Shown piece by piece: positions 28,220-37,581 of a stretch of 64,000 nt of DNA. A program made the position numbers and the translations under genes. This stretch comes from Candidatus Alloenteromonas pullistercoris. GTDB lineage: Bacteria; Bacillota_I; Bacilli_A; RFN20; CAG-826. The first letter of the stretch is position 1, and the number at the start of each line of letters is the position of its first letter. Below the pieces are notes generated by a model. That model worked only from the letters and a program-made list of their open reading frames with translations. It had not been told where the DNA came from and searched no databases. Where the stretch lies: NCBI GenBank assembly GCA_017694295.1, contig JADINA010000039.1:22957-86956 (forward strand). Reading direction: 5' to 3'.

Positions 28220-30373
28220 ATGGCTGGGCGTCATTCGTTGCAATTGGCCGGGAGGGCCTACTTCAAGAAGCTGGAGTCGCTACTAAAGACTTCAAAGTCT
28301 TTCGAAGCGCTCAAAAACACCCTCCAAGGCGAGAAAAGCACCTACATCGCCCAGAAGAGCCGCCTTGAGGAGAAGACGCTGGACGACACCTTCATCATCG
28401 AGCTCGAGAAGGGGGTGGCCGCCATCGAGAAGATCACCCGCAACCCCCGCAGCTTCATAAAAGACGAAGACGTCGTGGTTGAGGCGGGAAGGGCGAAGCG
28501 GATATCCTCAAGGACGGTTAGCCACTTGGCCTCCCACACCCAATTCGTCCATTCCGTCGACGAGAAGGGCAACGTCACCCCCGAGAAGCTGCTCGTCCCC
28601 GAATCCGACATCGACTATTGGATTTACGAGAACAGGTTTTTGATGACCCTCATCAACAAAGCCTCAGTGTTCGTCGAGAAGCGCTTCCTCTTCGTCAAAG
28701 ACCATGGCGAGACCCGCGATTCCGAGGTGTTGCTCCTGCATACCCTTTCCGAGGTTGCCGGGGTGAGGTTTGAAGTCGACACCCGGGTCAAGGTTAGCGC
28801 CTTAAGCAAAGACGGCGGGCAGGCGGAGAAAAACGACAGGCTATTGCTGCGCTTAGCCAAGCTGCGCGAGCGGCTCGCCTTCCTTTCCTCCTCGCCCTTC
28901 ATGCAGCTGATGAGGGGCGCCAAAAGCGTCGCCAACCCAATCCACCCGACCAACCTCCTCGTCAAGCACCCCGACTACAAAAAGGCCCTTCGCCTTTGGA
29001 AGTTCATCGATTCGTATAAAGAGCTTGGCATCTCCTATTCGGTTAGCGAATCGAACAAGAAGTTCAAAGAGGATTACGTAACGAAGCTCATGGCCTTGCT
29101 TTCGGAGTCGATATTGACCCTAGAGGCCAACCTTATCGAGAAAGACGAGATCAAGCCCAAGAAAAAGAAAAAGAAGATCGTCCCGAAGGTCATCTTCTCC
29201 CTTGAGGACGAGACTTTCTACGACGGCCGTTTCCTCTATGACCAATTCCCGATGGAAGAAAGGGAAAGGACCACCCCGATGTCCCCGACCGAGGAGGAGG
29301 CGAGGCAATACCGCGAGCAGTTCGAAAGGAAGATCAAATCCGATCGGGCCAAGCGGGCCATCGTCGAGGCCGAGATCGAAAGGGCCAAGGAAAAAGACGT
29401 CGAGGAGGAGGCCAAAGCGAGAAGAAGGGAGCAGGAAAAGCGGAGGCAAGAAGAGGAACGCCAAGCCGCGGTAAGAAGGCTTGAGCTCGAAAGAGCCAAG
29501 CTCGAGGCCGAGAAGAAGAGCCTTGAGGACATAAGAAACCGGGAAAAGGAGGAGCTTGAGAAGCTCCGCCTCACCAGGATCGAGGTATTCCGCCTCGGAC
29601 GAAGCGACAGAGGGCCTTTGGACATGCCCTCGGCCGACAGCACCCCCTACCCCGACCAAAAGCCCTATGAGCGGCCCGGCGGACTCATCATGGCCGATGA
29701 CTCCGGATTGCCCGAAGGCATTGTTGAGGAAGAGGATAAGCCAAGCATCGTCGAGGGCATCGACATCGAAGAGCAAGGCGAGGCCATCCCCACTTTCGAG
29801 GTGGGCATTGAAAAGGCAAGCGAAACCCCCAATATAGAGGAAAATAAACAAGGGGCCATAAAAGAGCCAAAAACCGAAGAAAAGGAAAGCAAGCTCAAGG
29901 CAAAACAAAAGAAGGCGGCGCCCAAGGCGAAAAAAGCCCCAAGCAAGGACAAGGAAAAGCCGGAAAAGAGCGAAAAGAAGCGGAAACCCACCAAAAAGGC
30001 GGTAAAGAAGGAAATAGATAAGGAAAAGGAAAATGAGGTTACCAAGCCCGTTCCTTTGCCTATTGAATCCGATAATGAACAAAAGAGGATAGAGGCGGAA
30101 AAGAAAGAAGAGAAGCCTATAGAGCCAGCTGAGCCAAGCCCCGCGCCCAAGGAAGAGGAAAAGGCAGCGGAGTCTAGCAAAGAGGAAAGCAAAGCCGTGC
30201 CGCCTAAGCGGAAAAAAGGCAAAGCCGCCAGGAAAGCCAAGAAGGATGAGGAGAGGGCGAAGAAGGAAGAGGAAGAGAGGCAAACGCCCCACTTCACCAC
30301 CCTCAAAACCCGTTCCAAACGCGGCGGGCGGAGCTTTGTCAAGGACTACGCGAAAAACCGGAGGAAGGGATAG
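28220..30373 (+). CDS. DUF2357-like protein (McrB-partner type) with long charged, low-complexity C-terminus
   Basis: Motifs NPRSFI, SHLASHT, IYENRFLMTLI and TNLLVKHPDYKKALRLW. The C-terminal half is an E/K/R coiled coil and a K/E/P-rich tail. Confidence 0.65.
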   Translation: MAGRHSLQLAGRAYFKKLESLLKTSKSFEALKNTLQGEKSTYIAQKSRLEEKTLDDTFIIELEKGVAAIEKITRNPRSFIKDEDVVVEAGRAKRISSRTVSHLASHTQFVHSVDEKGNVTPEKLLVPESDIDYWIYENRFLMTLINKASVFVEKRFLFVKDHGETRDSEVLLLHTLSEVAGVRFEVDTRVKVSALSKDGGQAEKNDRLLLRLAKLRERLAFLSSSPFMQLMRGAKSVANPIHPTNLLVKHPDYKKALRLWKFIDSYKELGISYSVSESNKKFKEDYVTKLMALLSESILTLEANLIEKDEIKPKKKKKKIVPKVIFSLEDETFYDGRFLYDQFPMEERERTTPMSPTEEEARQYREQFERKIKSDRAKRAIVEAEIERAKEKDVEEEAKARRREQEKRRQEEERQAAVRRLELERAKLEAEKKSLEDIRNREKEELEKLRLTRIEVFRLGRSDRGPLDMPSADSTPYPDQKPYERPGGLIMADDSGLPEGIVEEEDKPSIVEGIDIEEQGEAIPTFEVGIEKASETPNIEENKQGAIKEPKTEEKESKLKAKQKKAAPKAKKAPSKDKEKPEKSEKKRKPTKKAVKKEIDKEKENEVTKPVPLPIESDNEQKRIEAEKKEEKPIEPAEPSPAPKEEEKAAESSKEESKAVPPKRKKGKAARKAKKDEERAKKEEEERQTPHFTTLKTRSKRGGRSFVKDYAKNRRKG

Positions 30374-30376
30374 CAG

Positions 30377-31204
30377 ATGGTTAGGAAATGGGCCTCGCGC
30401 CTAGTCACCCTCTTCCTCCTCCTTTTGGTGGGCTTTGTCGGCTATTGCCAGGTGTCGATGGTCGTGACGATGAACAAAAACTATGGGGTCCCGAGCGTCT
30501 TCGGCTACTCCTTCCTCTACGTCGCCACCGACTCGATGGAGGGCGACCTCCCCGACTCCCTCCCCGTCGGCACCGGCATCGTCATCCAAGACGTCGACCC
30601 CCATTCGATCGCCCCCGGGGACGTCATCACCTTCTATTATCCGGCCATCAAGGCCCCCGACACCCACCGAGTCCATGAGATAACCGAGGACGAAGACGGA
30701 CATTTAACCTTCTACACCCGCGGCGACAACCTTAACGCCCAGCTGTCCAACGGGCAATGGGACGAAAACTATAGGGAAATCGTCCCCCAGGAGCATTACA
30801 TCGGCAAGGTCGTTAGCCACTCCAAGGCCTTCGGCATCTTCCTCACCTACGTCTCCCCCCAAGTGCCAAGCGACCACAACCACGCCAGGTGGCTTTTCCC
30901 CCTGCTCGTCATCTTGCCACTCGCCATCTGCGCCGCCATCACCATCGCCTCGACGGTGAGGCAGCTTCGCAAGGAGAAAAAAGAGGAAAAGGCTGCTTTG
31001 CTTAAGGCGATGGAGGAAGAGGGCATCGACCAAACCGACGAGTCGCAGGTTTTCTCCTTTGAAGAGAAGTGGCGCTTCAAAAAGGAACTCCGCGAGCAAT
31101 ATGCGGAAGAAAAGGAAAAAGAGAGGAAGAGGCTGCTTAAAGACATGAAAAGGAAAAGGAAAAGCGAGGCCGAGGGGCCTATAATCAGGGAGGAAAAGCA
31201 ATGA
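30377..31204 (+). CDS. sipW: Signal peptidase I, SipW/ER-type (S26)
   Basis: N-terminal TM, VATDSM (Ser), GDVITF, THRV (His rather than Lys), RGDN, YIGKV and a C-terminal TM. Confidence 0.85.
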   Translation: MVRKWASRLVTLFLLLLVGFVGYCQVSMVVTMNKNYGVPSVFGYSFLYVATDSMEGDLPDSLPVGTGIVIQDVDPHSIAPGDVITFYYPAIKAPDTHRVHEITEDEDGHLTFYTRGDNLNAQLSNGQWDENYREIVPQEHYIGKVVSHSKAFGIFLTYVSPQVPSDHNHARWLFPLLVILPLAICAAITIASTVRQLRKEKKEEKAALLKAMEEEGIDQTDESQVFSFEEKWRFKKELREQYAEEKEKERKRLLKDMKRKRKSEAEGPIIREEKQ

Positions 31205-32778
31205 GGAAAAGCATCATGGCCTATAGCGGCCTACTAGTCGCCTCCCTCTTCCTTTTGGGGCTAAACATCGGCTTCCTCCTTTTCATCCTCCTCATCCCCC
31301 TTTCCAGGGGCGAGGCGGTTGAAGGCGATAGGCTCGCCGCCTGCCTTTCCCTTTCCCTTACCGAGGTCGTCTTCGTCTTCCTTTCGGCCTTCTTCCTCCA
31401 CCGCCGCCTAGTCTTGGGGCGGAAAAGGGAATTCCTGCTTGGAAGGTTTGGGGAAGCTAACGACATCTTGCTGGAATCGGAGATGGCCAAAGCCTTCGAT
31501 CGCCTTAAGGGGGAAGGCAAGCAAAAACGCTTCGCCGTCGCCCTCAACATCCTCGGGCCCGATAGCCAAATGCTTTCCTCCTTCCAAGACGAGGTCAGGA
31601 GGAAAACCCTCCGTTTCGTCTATAACTGCCTTAAAGTCAATTTCCCCCTCGACCCAATCGGGATAAACGAGTCAAACGAGTTCCTCCTCGCCCACCTAGA
31701 CGAGGACATGGAGGGCTTTTCCGCCGAGCTTCGCCGCTTCGCCTCCGGGCTAAGCGACTACTTCTCCCATAGCGGAGCCATCCCCTTTGCCACCATCCTC
31801 TTCGGCTTAAGCCAAAAGGGGGCGGAGGAAGGCAAGGCGGGGGTCGCCGCCTTCGAGGAGGCCGAATACGCCCTCCGCCACAACTCCAAAGCCCGCCTTA
31901 GCGGCGACGTCCTCCCCTTTAGCCACGACCTCATCGACCAAGACGCCTCGATCCATTGGCTCGATCAAGACTTGGCGGGCGCGATAAACCGAGGCGAGTT
32001 CATCGTCTATTACCAAGGCAAAGTCGATTTGAAGACCGGCTCCTTCTACGGGGCCGAGGCCCTCATCAGGTGGAAGCACCCCCACCGCGGCATCCTCCCC
32101 CCAAGCGTCTTCGTCCCCTATTGCGAATCTAGCGGCAAAATCGTCGAGATCGACCATTTCGTCTTCAAATCGGTTTGCAAGACGCTTTCGAAATGGAAGG
32201 AAGACCCCGCCCTATGCCGCCTCATCGTCTCAGTCAACCTCTCCCGCCGCACCGTCTACGACCCCGATCTTCTTCCCTTTTTGGCCAAGACGACCGCTGA
32301 ATACGGGGTCGACCCAAGCCAAATGGAAATCGAGCTGACCGAATCGCTCGCGGCCGAGAACCTCGTCTTCATCTCCTCGGTCATCAGGAAGATAAAGGCG
32401 ATGGGCTTCAAGACAAGCATCGACGACTTCGGCATCGGCTATTCCTCCCTTTCGGCGTTAAAGTCGATCCCCTATGACGTCTTGAAGATCGACAAGACCT
32501 TCATCGACGACATCGAGATCGGCGGCAAGTCGAAGGCGATGGTGAGCTCGATCGTGAGCTTGGTGCACGCCCTGGGGATGAAAGTCATCGCCGAGAGGGC
32601 CGAGTCGATGAGCCAGGTCGCCATCCTCTCCACCCTCGGGGTCGACGCCGTCCAGGGCTATTACTTCTCCCGCCCCGTCGACCGGGCCCGCTTCGAGGTG
32701 CTCATAAACGAGGACAACAGGCGGAAGAAAGAGGAAAAAGCGAAGAAGAAGGAAAGCGCGAAGGAGGCAAAGGCATGA
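31201..32778 (+). CDS. Membrane-bound EAL c-di-GMP phosphodiesterase with degenerate GGDEF domain
   Basis: Two TM segments. GAEALIRW, SVNLS, EIELTES, IDDFGIGYSS, KIDKTF and QGYYFS are intact; no GG(D/E)EF. Confidence 0.88.
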   Translation: MRKSIMAYSGLLVASLFLLGLNIGFLLFILLIPLSRGEAVEGDRLAACLSLSLTEVVFVFLSAFFLHRRLVLGRKREFLLGRFGEANDILLESEMAKAFDRLKGEGKQKRFAVALNILGPDSQMLSSFQDEVRRKTLRFVYNCLKVNFPLDPIGINESNEFLLAHLDEDMEGFSAELRRFASGLSDYFSHSGAIPFATILFGLSQKGAEEGKAGVAAFEEAEYALRHNSKARLSGDVLPFSHDLIDQDASIHWLDQDLAGAINRGEFIVYYQGKVDLKTGSFYGAEALIRWKHPHRGILPPSVFVPYCESSGKIVEIDHFVFKSVCKTLSKWKEDPALCRLIVSVNLSRRTVYDPDLLPFLAKTTAEYGVDPSQMEIELTESLAAENLVFISSVIRKIKAMGFKTSIDDFGIGYSSLSALKSIPYDVLKIDKTFIDDIEIGGKSKAMVSSIVSLVHALGMKVIAERAESMSQVAILSTLGVDAVQGYYFSRPVDRARFEVLINEDNRRKKEEKAKKKESAKEAKA

Positions 32779-33494
32779 TTCTCATCATCGGCGAAAACGA
32801 AGACGCCATCCTCTATCTGCGTTCCCGCCTTGTCGACGAGCGTAAGGAAGTCGTCTTCCCCTCGCTCCAGGTATATCGGGGAAGGATGGGCAACGAGGAG
32901 GCGGCCATCGCCTCAATCGGCATCGGGCTCCCATTAGTCGCCATAAACGTCGATAACCTGCTTCGGAAATACGAGCCCTACTTGGTTTTCAACGTCGGCT
33001 CCGTCGGGGCGATTAAGCCCTCCCTCCACCAAGGGGACGTCTTGATCGCGGAACGTTATTACGCCCATGGCATCGACTATTCCGGGGACGGGAAAAACGT
33101 ATACGGGCAGCTAAACGGCCTTCCGCCCTTCTTCGTCGCCGACATGGGGCTATGCGCAAGCGCCGAGAAGGCGGCCTACGAGATCGGGGGACATTACGTC
33201 GAGAGGGGGTCGCTTCTTTCCTCCGACATCAGGATCTACGACGATAAGCCGGTTTTTGACGATCTGCAAAGGCGCTTTGCCGGCAATTCGCGCCTCACCT
33301 GCCTCGATAACTGCTCCTACGCCATCGCGCTTTCTTGCTACTTGCATAACGCCTCCTTGCTAACCGTCAAATCCGTCAACTACGAATCGGGGGAGGAGTC
33401 GCAGCGGCTCAACTTCCGCCGCAAGGGGCTTGAGCTCATGCCCTTCGTCGGCAAAGTCGTCTCGGCGGTGTTGCTCCGCAACTCCAAAATCTAG
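32775..33494 (+). CDS. MTA/SAH nucleosidase (PNP/UDP fold)-like protein with degenerate active site
   Basis: SIGIG, VFNVGSVG, GDVLIA and YGQL match MtnN, but the EME and RAISD motifs read DNC and KSVNY. Confidence 0.7.
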   Translation: MILIIGENEDAILYLRSRLVDERKEVVFPSLQVYRGRMGNEEAAIASIGIGLPLVAINVDNLLRKYEPYLVFNVGSVGAIKPSLHQGDVLIAERYYAHGIDYSGDGKNVYGQLNGLPPFFVADMGLCASAEKAAYEIGGHYVERGSLLSSDIRIYDDKPVFDDLQRRFAGNSRLTCLDNCSYAIALSCYLHNASLLTVKSVNYESGEESQRLNFRRKGLELMPFVGKVVSAVLLRNSKI

Positions 33495-33567
33495 CCTCCC
33501 CGAGGTCTTGCCCTTTATATGAAATATAAAAGTGTTGCCAAGCGCCGGCAAACTTGTAAAATAGACC

Positions 33568-33648
33568 TTGTCAAAGGCAAACTTAGGGCGACCTAGGGGC
33601 GCAAAACTAAAGGGCCTCACGCAGGCAGCCAGCTACCGCAAATGACAA
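33568..33648 (+). ncRNA. GEMM-I (cyclic-di-GMP-I) riboswitch, G20 variant
   Basis: GGCAAA-CTTAGG-GCGA-CCTAGG-GGCGCAAAACTAAAGGGCCT...GGCAGCCAGCTACC, closed by TTGTCA/TGACAA. Upstream TTGCCA-N16-TAAAAT. Confidence 0.85.
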
Positions 33649-33649
33649 C

Positions 33650-36625
33650 ATGGACAGCCGGCAGAAAGCGCATAAAAGCCCAAAGGGGGCGAAAACCGCC
33701 CTCTTTTTCGCCTGCCTTGCCTCCTTCTTCTCCCTTACCCTTGGGCTAGGCGGAGTTACCTTAGCCGCCTATTTAAACGCCGTCGAGGCCAAGGAAAACG
33801 CCATCCTCGACTTCAATGACCTTAGCTCCTACTTCGCCAGGGTCGAGGAAAACGATGGCGAAAGGGTTTTCCACCTTAATGACGAAACCCATCTTCAAAA
33901 CCTGCAAAGGCTCGTTTCCATCGGTTTGTTTGGCCCTAGCGACACCTTCGTCCTCGATAACGACATCTCCTGCACCGGCACACTTTACCCAATCGGGACC
34001 GACGACATGCCCTTCGACTCCACCTTCAACGGCAACGGCCACGTCATCTCCAATTTGCACGTCATATGCGCGGATGGGCGCGACGCCGGGCTTTTCGGCT
34101 ACACCTCGATCAACTCCAGCGTCAAAAATCTCATCCTAAGCGCCCCAAAAATCGAGGTGACCGCAAATTCCAACGATTTCAACGACGACGGGAAAGGCAT
34201 ATCGGGCTCCCCCATAGAGAAGACCTATGGCCCGTTGGCGTCCCTTATGCCGGAAATCAACTTCGTTAGCCAGGATAACATGGCCGTCGACGGCAGGATA
34301 AACGTCAAAAATGGGACCCAACCCGGGCAGACCGCCGTCATCACGGGTTTCCCCGATAGCCTAAGCTCCGGGGAAGCCGAGGTCGAAATACTTTACGAAT
34401 CCAGCGACGAAAACCTATTAACGCTTACCCAAACCACCGACGGCTACCAGGCCGAGTGCAAACCCAACCCCGAATCCAACGCCCCGAACTTCGACCTTTA
34501 CCCGGTAACGGTCGACGCCAAGGCGCAATACGAGGTTAACGGGGTGTTCGGCTATTACGTGCTTGAGCGTTACCAGTTCAACATCCTCGGCAACGGCAAC
34601 GTCTCGACCGCCGTGACCGAGATAGACGACCCCGACGACGAAAGCGACAATCCGGTCCAGATAACCGTCCATTCCGGGGCGTTTAAGACCATCCACCCCG
34701 ATTACGATGAGCATAACCTCAACGTCGGCTTCTTCATCGGCCATTGCGACGGCTCGGCCAACCACCTCGGCCTTTACGGGGGCAACACCAACTCAACCGG
34801 CCAAAACGGGACCATCGTCATCAACTCCGACTCCCGCGTAAGCGCCTATTCGGCCAGGACGCTAATCGGCAAGACCAGGAAAGACAACCCGGTCGACGCC
34901 TCCGCCGGGGACACGATGAACATCATCTACGATTACCGTGGGGCCATCAACGGCACCCCCGACCAAAACGGGCTCATCCACGATTTCGAGCTGAAGGTTA
35001 AAGACTACGAATACGGGCATGCAAACTTTGGATCGGGCTATGGCTTTGGCTCATCGATTAGCGACTACTCCAATAACGGCAGCCCCGATCAGCCGGTGAC
35101 CGATTCCGATTCCCTCAAGCAGCAGCAAAACGCCGAAACCATGACCGAAAACGTCGTGACCAACCCATCGATGAGGGAATACTCCTCCTTCTACCCGGGT
35201 ACCAACCAAACGCTTGCCGACTCCACCACCGAGGCCTATAAGCCATCCTCAAGCAACTGGGAGGTCGGGGAATACTCCGATAACGCCGACACCGCCGAAA
35301 GCGATCCCGGCAGCTTCAACGCCCAGGTCATAGACGGCGGCCTTGGTGCCGGGACGTGGACGAAGCTAAACGAATTCATCAAGCAATATTGGTTCCTGGG
35401 GACTTATACTTACCATCATCAGCTTCGCCTAACTCGGGGATACAACATCAACAACGGCTTCAAGATCTGGTCGACCAAAAACCTTTCGCCGATCTTCACC
35501 GAGAACCTCTTCTACATTAATTTCCATGTCTCCTACGTCGCGACCCGCAAAAAGGGGACGGCCGAGAACCAAAATAGCTTTCAGATACTGTTCAATTCCT
35601 ACAACCCAGAGGTCCGGGGCTATGACAAATGGTCGTTGGGAGATTTAGTCGGCTACAATCCCTACCCCGATGAATGGACGTCCTCTTATTTGCAATACCT
35701 TTTCTGGCAGGACCTATCCAACCCCCAAAACGTCGACTTCACCGACGGCGGCCAGCTCAATGCGCTATATAACCCTGCCGACCATCCGATCATCGACGAC
35801 GGCAAGCTCCATAGCGACGTCATCACCTTGACCATCGACCAGCAAAACGGCACTTGGTGGAGCAACGCGTTCCAGTCGATCCGTAATTGGTGGAAAGATC
35901 TTTGGAACGGGGGAAGCGAGGAGCAAACCGAAAACCGCGAGGCCCGTTACCCGATGTTCGCCTTCGGCATGGGATCCAACGTCCGCCCCAATGGCGGAAT
36001 CTATGCCTCCGAGGACCATCAATCAACCGCGAATTACTACGCCGACTTGATTTATGATGAAAACCAGCAGACATATCAAAATTCGCGCTTCGTCAACTCC
36101 GCGGTTCCCGGAAGCACGATCGCCGACTTAAGGGGAACCCGCCTATTTGACTCCGATAACGGCGCCTACCAAACCTATGCCCCGTCGGGAAGCAGCGAGG
36201 AAGGCTGGGTCGGGACAGCTTTTGGCAGCGGCAACCACTATAACGACAGCGTGCGAGGATATTACAACAATCAGGAACGCGGCTATTTCAATTCCTACTT
36301 CAAGGTCGAAAACGGCACCAAGCTTTACATCCGCGACTTCCAGATCACCTTCACCAACCGGCTTGGCAACACCGAGGACATCATCTACAAAGTCGACTTC
36401 GTCCCAAACACCGACCTAGGCTTCGACGAGAACTCGCAAACCTGGAACGCCTGGCCGGACGATAGCAACGTCCAGATCGGCTTTAACATGGAAAAAACCG
36501 ACGGCGGGGTCAATTTCCGCTTCTACAGGGACAATAGCAACAACGTCTACGGTTATTACAGCAACGCCGCCTATTCGCTTACCAACAACTCCGGATACGA
36601 CGACGCGATTTTGGCGCAGGGGTAA
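33650..36625 (+). CDS. Large secreted protein with GLUG/beta-helix-like N-terminal domain (adhesin candidate)
   Basis: Leader ends GGVTLAAY. Carries PIGT...FDSTFNGNGHVISNL and AGLFGY...VKNLIL; Asn/Ser/Tyr-rich, 991 aa. Confidence 0.7.
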   Translation: MDSRQKAHKSPKGAKTALFFACLASFFSLTLGLGGVTLAAYLNAVEAKENAILDFNDLSSYFARVEENDGERVFHLNDETHLQNLQRLVSIGLFGPSDTFVLDNDISCTGTLYPIGTDDMPFDSTFNGNGHVISNLHVICADGRDAGLFGYTSINSSVKNLILSAPKIEVTANSNDFNDDGKGISGSPIEKTYGPLASLMPEINFVSQDNMAVDGRINVKNGTQPGQTAVITGFPDSLSSGEAEVEILYESSDENLLTLTQTTDGYQAECKPNPESNAPNFDLYPVTVDAKAQYEVNGVFGYYVLERYQFNILGNGNVSTAVTEIDDPDDESDNPVQITVHSGAFKTIHPDYDEHNLNVGFFIGHCDGSANHLGLYGGNTNSTGQNGTIVINSDSRVSAYSARTLIGKTRKDNPVDASAGDTMNIIYDYRGAINGTPDQNGLIHDFELKVKDYEYGHANFGSGYGFGSSISDYSNNGSPDQPVTDSDSLKQQQNAETMTENVVTNPSMREYSSFYPGTNQTLADSTTEAYKPSSSNWEVGEYSDNADTAESDPGSFNAQVIDGGLGAGTWTKLNEFIKQYWFLGTYTYHHQLRLTRGYNINNGFKIWSTKNLSPIFTENLFYINFHVSYVATRKKGTAENQNSFQILFNSYNPEVRGYDKWSLGDLVGYNPYPDEWTSSYLQYLFWQDLSNPQNVDFTDGGQLNALYNPADHPIIDDGKLHSDVITLTIDQQNGTWWSNAFQSIRNWWKDLWNGGSEEQTENREARYPMFAFGMGSNVRPNGGIYASEDHQSTANYYADLIYDENQQTYQNSRFVNSAVPGSTIADLRGTRLFDSDNGAYQTYAPSGSSEEGWVGTAFGSGNHYNDSVRGYYNNQERGYFNSYFKVENGTKLYIRDFQITFTNRLGNTEDIIYKVDFVPNTDLGFDENSQTWNAWPDDSNVQIGFNMEKTDGGVNFRFYRDNSNNVYGYYSNAAYSLTNNSGYDDAILAQG

Positions 36626-36630
36626 AGGCG

Positions 36631-37581
36631 ATGGGCAAAGGCAAAAGGAACCTCATAATCTCAATCGCGGCCTCATTGCTCGCGACCTTTTCCCTTTCTG
36701 TTGCGACCTACGCCTGGTTTTTGACAAGCCTCAAGGCCAACCCCGAGCAGCTCATCCTCAATAGCGGAGTCTCCTCCGTCTACGTCGACATGATGGGCTA
36801 TGCCTGCTCGCTTCGCGGCAACCCCTCTTCCTCCACCTCTGGGCAAATAAGCGAGCCCAACGGCCTTTCGATCGACCGAAGCGGGGACATCGAAGTCTAC
36901 GGCGGCACCCAATCGACCTCGACCGCCACCGTCCACGCCTCCTTCCTCACCCAGATAGACACCTACGACTACCTAAGCCTTTCCCAAGGCGAAGTCGGGC
37001 TGAGCCGGGACTATCTGCCCCGGGTTTACCTCGCCCTTCAATACTCCCAGGATAACGTGGGAGGGTATGTAAGAGCCTATCTAGGCGAACTAAACGAGGC
37101 GGGAGACGGCTTGACGGGGAGCTTAAGCATAACGATGGGCGACCAAGCGCTTTCTGGCTACCTTCGGGTCGCCAATAAGCTCGAAAGCGCCCAATCCATC
37201 GCCGCTTCCGGACAAAGCGACATGATCGACTATTACGATACCGGATCCCTCTCCTTCCCCGCTTCATGGGAAGGCGTCCTCGCCTCAGAGGCCTCTCCGC
37301 TTTATTCCTCCTCTAGCGAGCCGGCCCAGCTTTATGTGCCGGCGCTACAAACCCAGCTTGGCGGGGAGCTTTGCTATTCGGTGGGGTCGCTACTGGAGAT
37401 CTCGGTCGACCCGTTCCAGTTCTATTCCGCCCTCCTTTCCATTTCCGCCTCCAACCCATTGGAGGTTTCTAAGATCGCGATATCCTTCTCCTTCTCGCTC
37501 TACCTTACCTATTCCAACGCCCCCTTTGAGTCGTCCCCGGGGGTCGAATACCCGATAATCAGCTTGGAGGAAGGGGCATGA
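36631..37581 (+). CDS. Secreted protein with SipW-type signal peptide
   Basis: Leader MGKGKRNLIISIAASLLATFSLSVATYAWF. Confidence 0.75.
   Translation: MGKGKRNLIISIAASLLATFSLSVATYAWFLTSLKANPEQLILNSGVSSVYVDMMGYACSLRGNPSSSTSGQISEPNGLSIDRSGDIEVYGGTQSTSTATVHASFLTQIDTYDYLSLSQGEVGLSRDYLPRVYLALQYSQDNVGGYVRAYLGELNEAGDGLTGSLSITMGDQALSGYLRVANKLESAQSIAASGQSDMIDYYDTGSLSFPASWEGVLASEASPLYSSSSEPAQLYVPALQTQLGGELCYSVGSLLEISVDPFQFYSALLSISASNPLEVSKIAISFSFSLYLTYSNAPFESSPGVEYPIISLEEGA

Noticed and set aside
29120-30342. Long hydrophobic or Ser/Phe-rich minus-strand ORFs
   Set aside because: They are antisense shadows of the Lys/Glu-rich tail of the DUF2357-like gene.
26663-30373. Calling the pair a standard McrBC type IV restriction system
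   Set aside because: No DNA-binding N-terminal domain, no visible nuclease motif, and the pair is embedded in a SipW operon. Reported as a repurposed module instead.
31201-32000. Active diguanylate cyclase domain in the EAL protein
   Set aside because: The GG(D/E)EF position reads approximately NESNEF, so the domain is degenerate.
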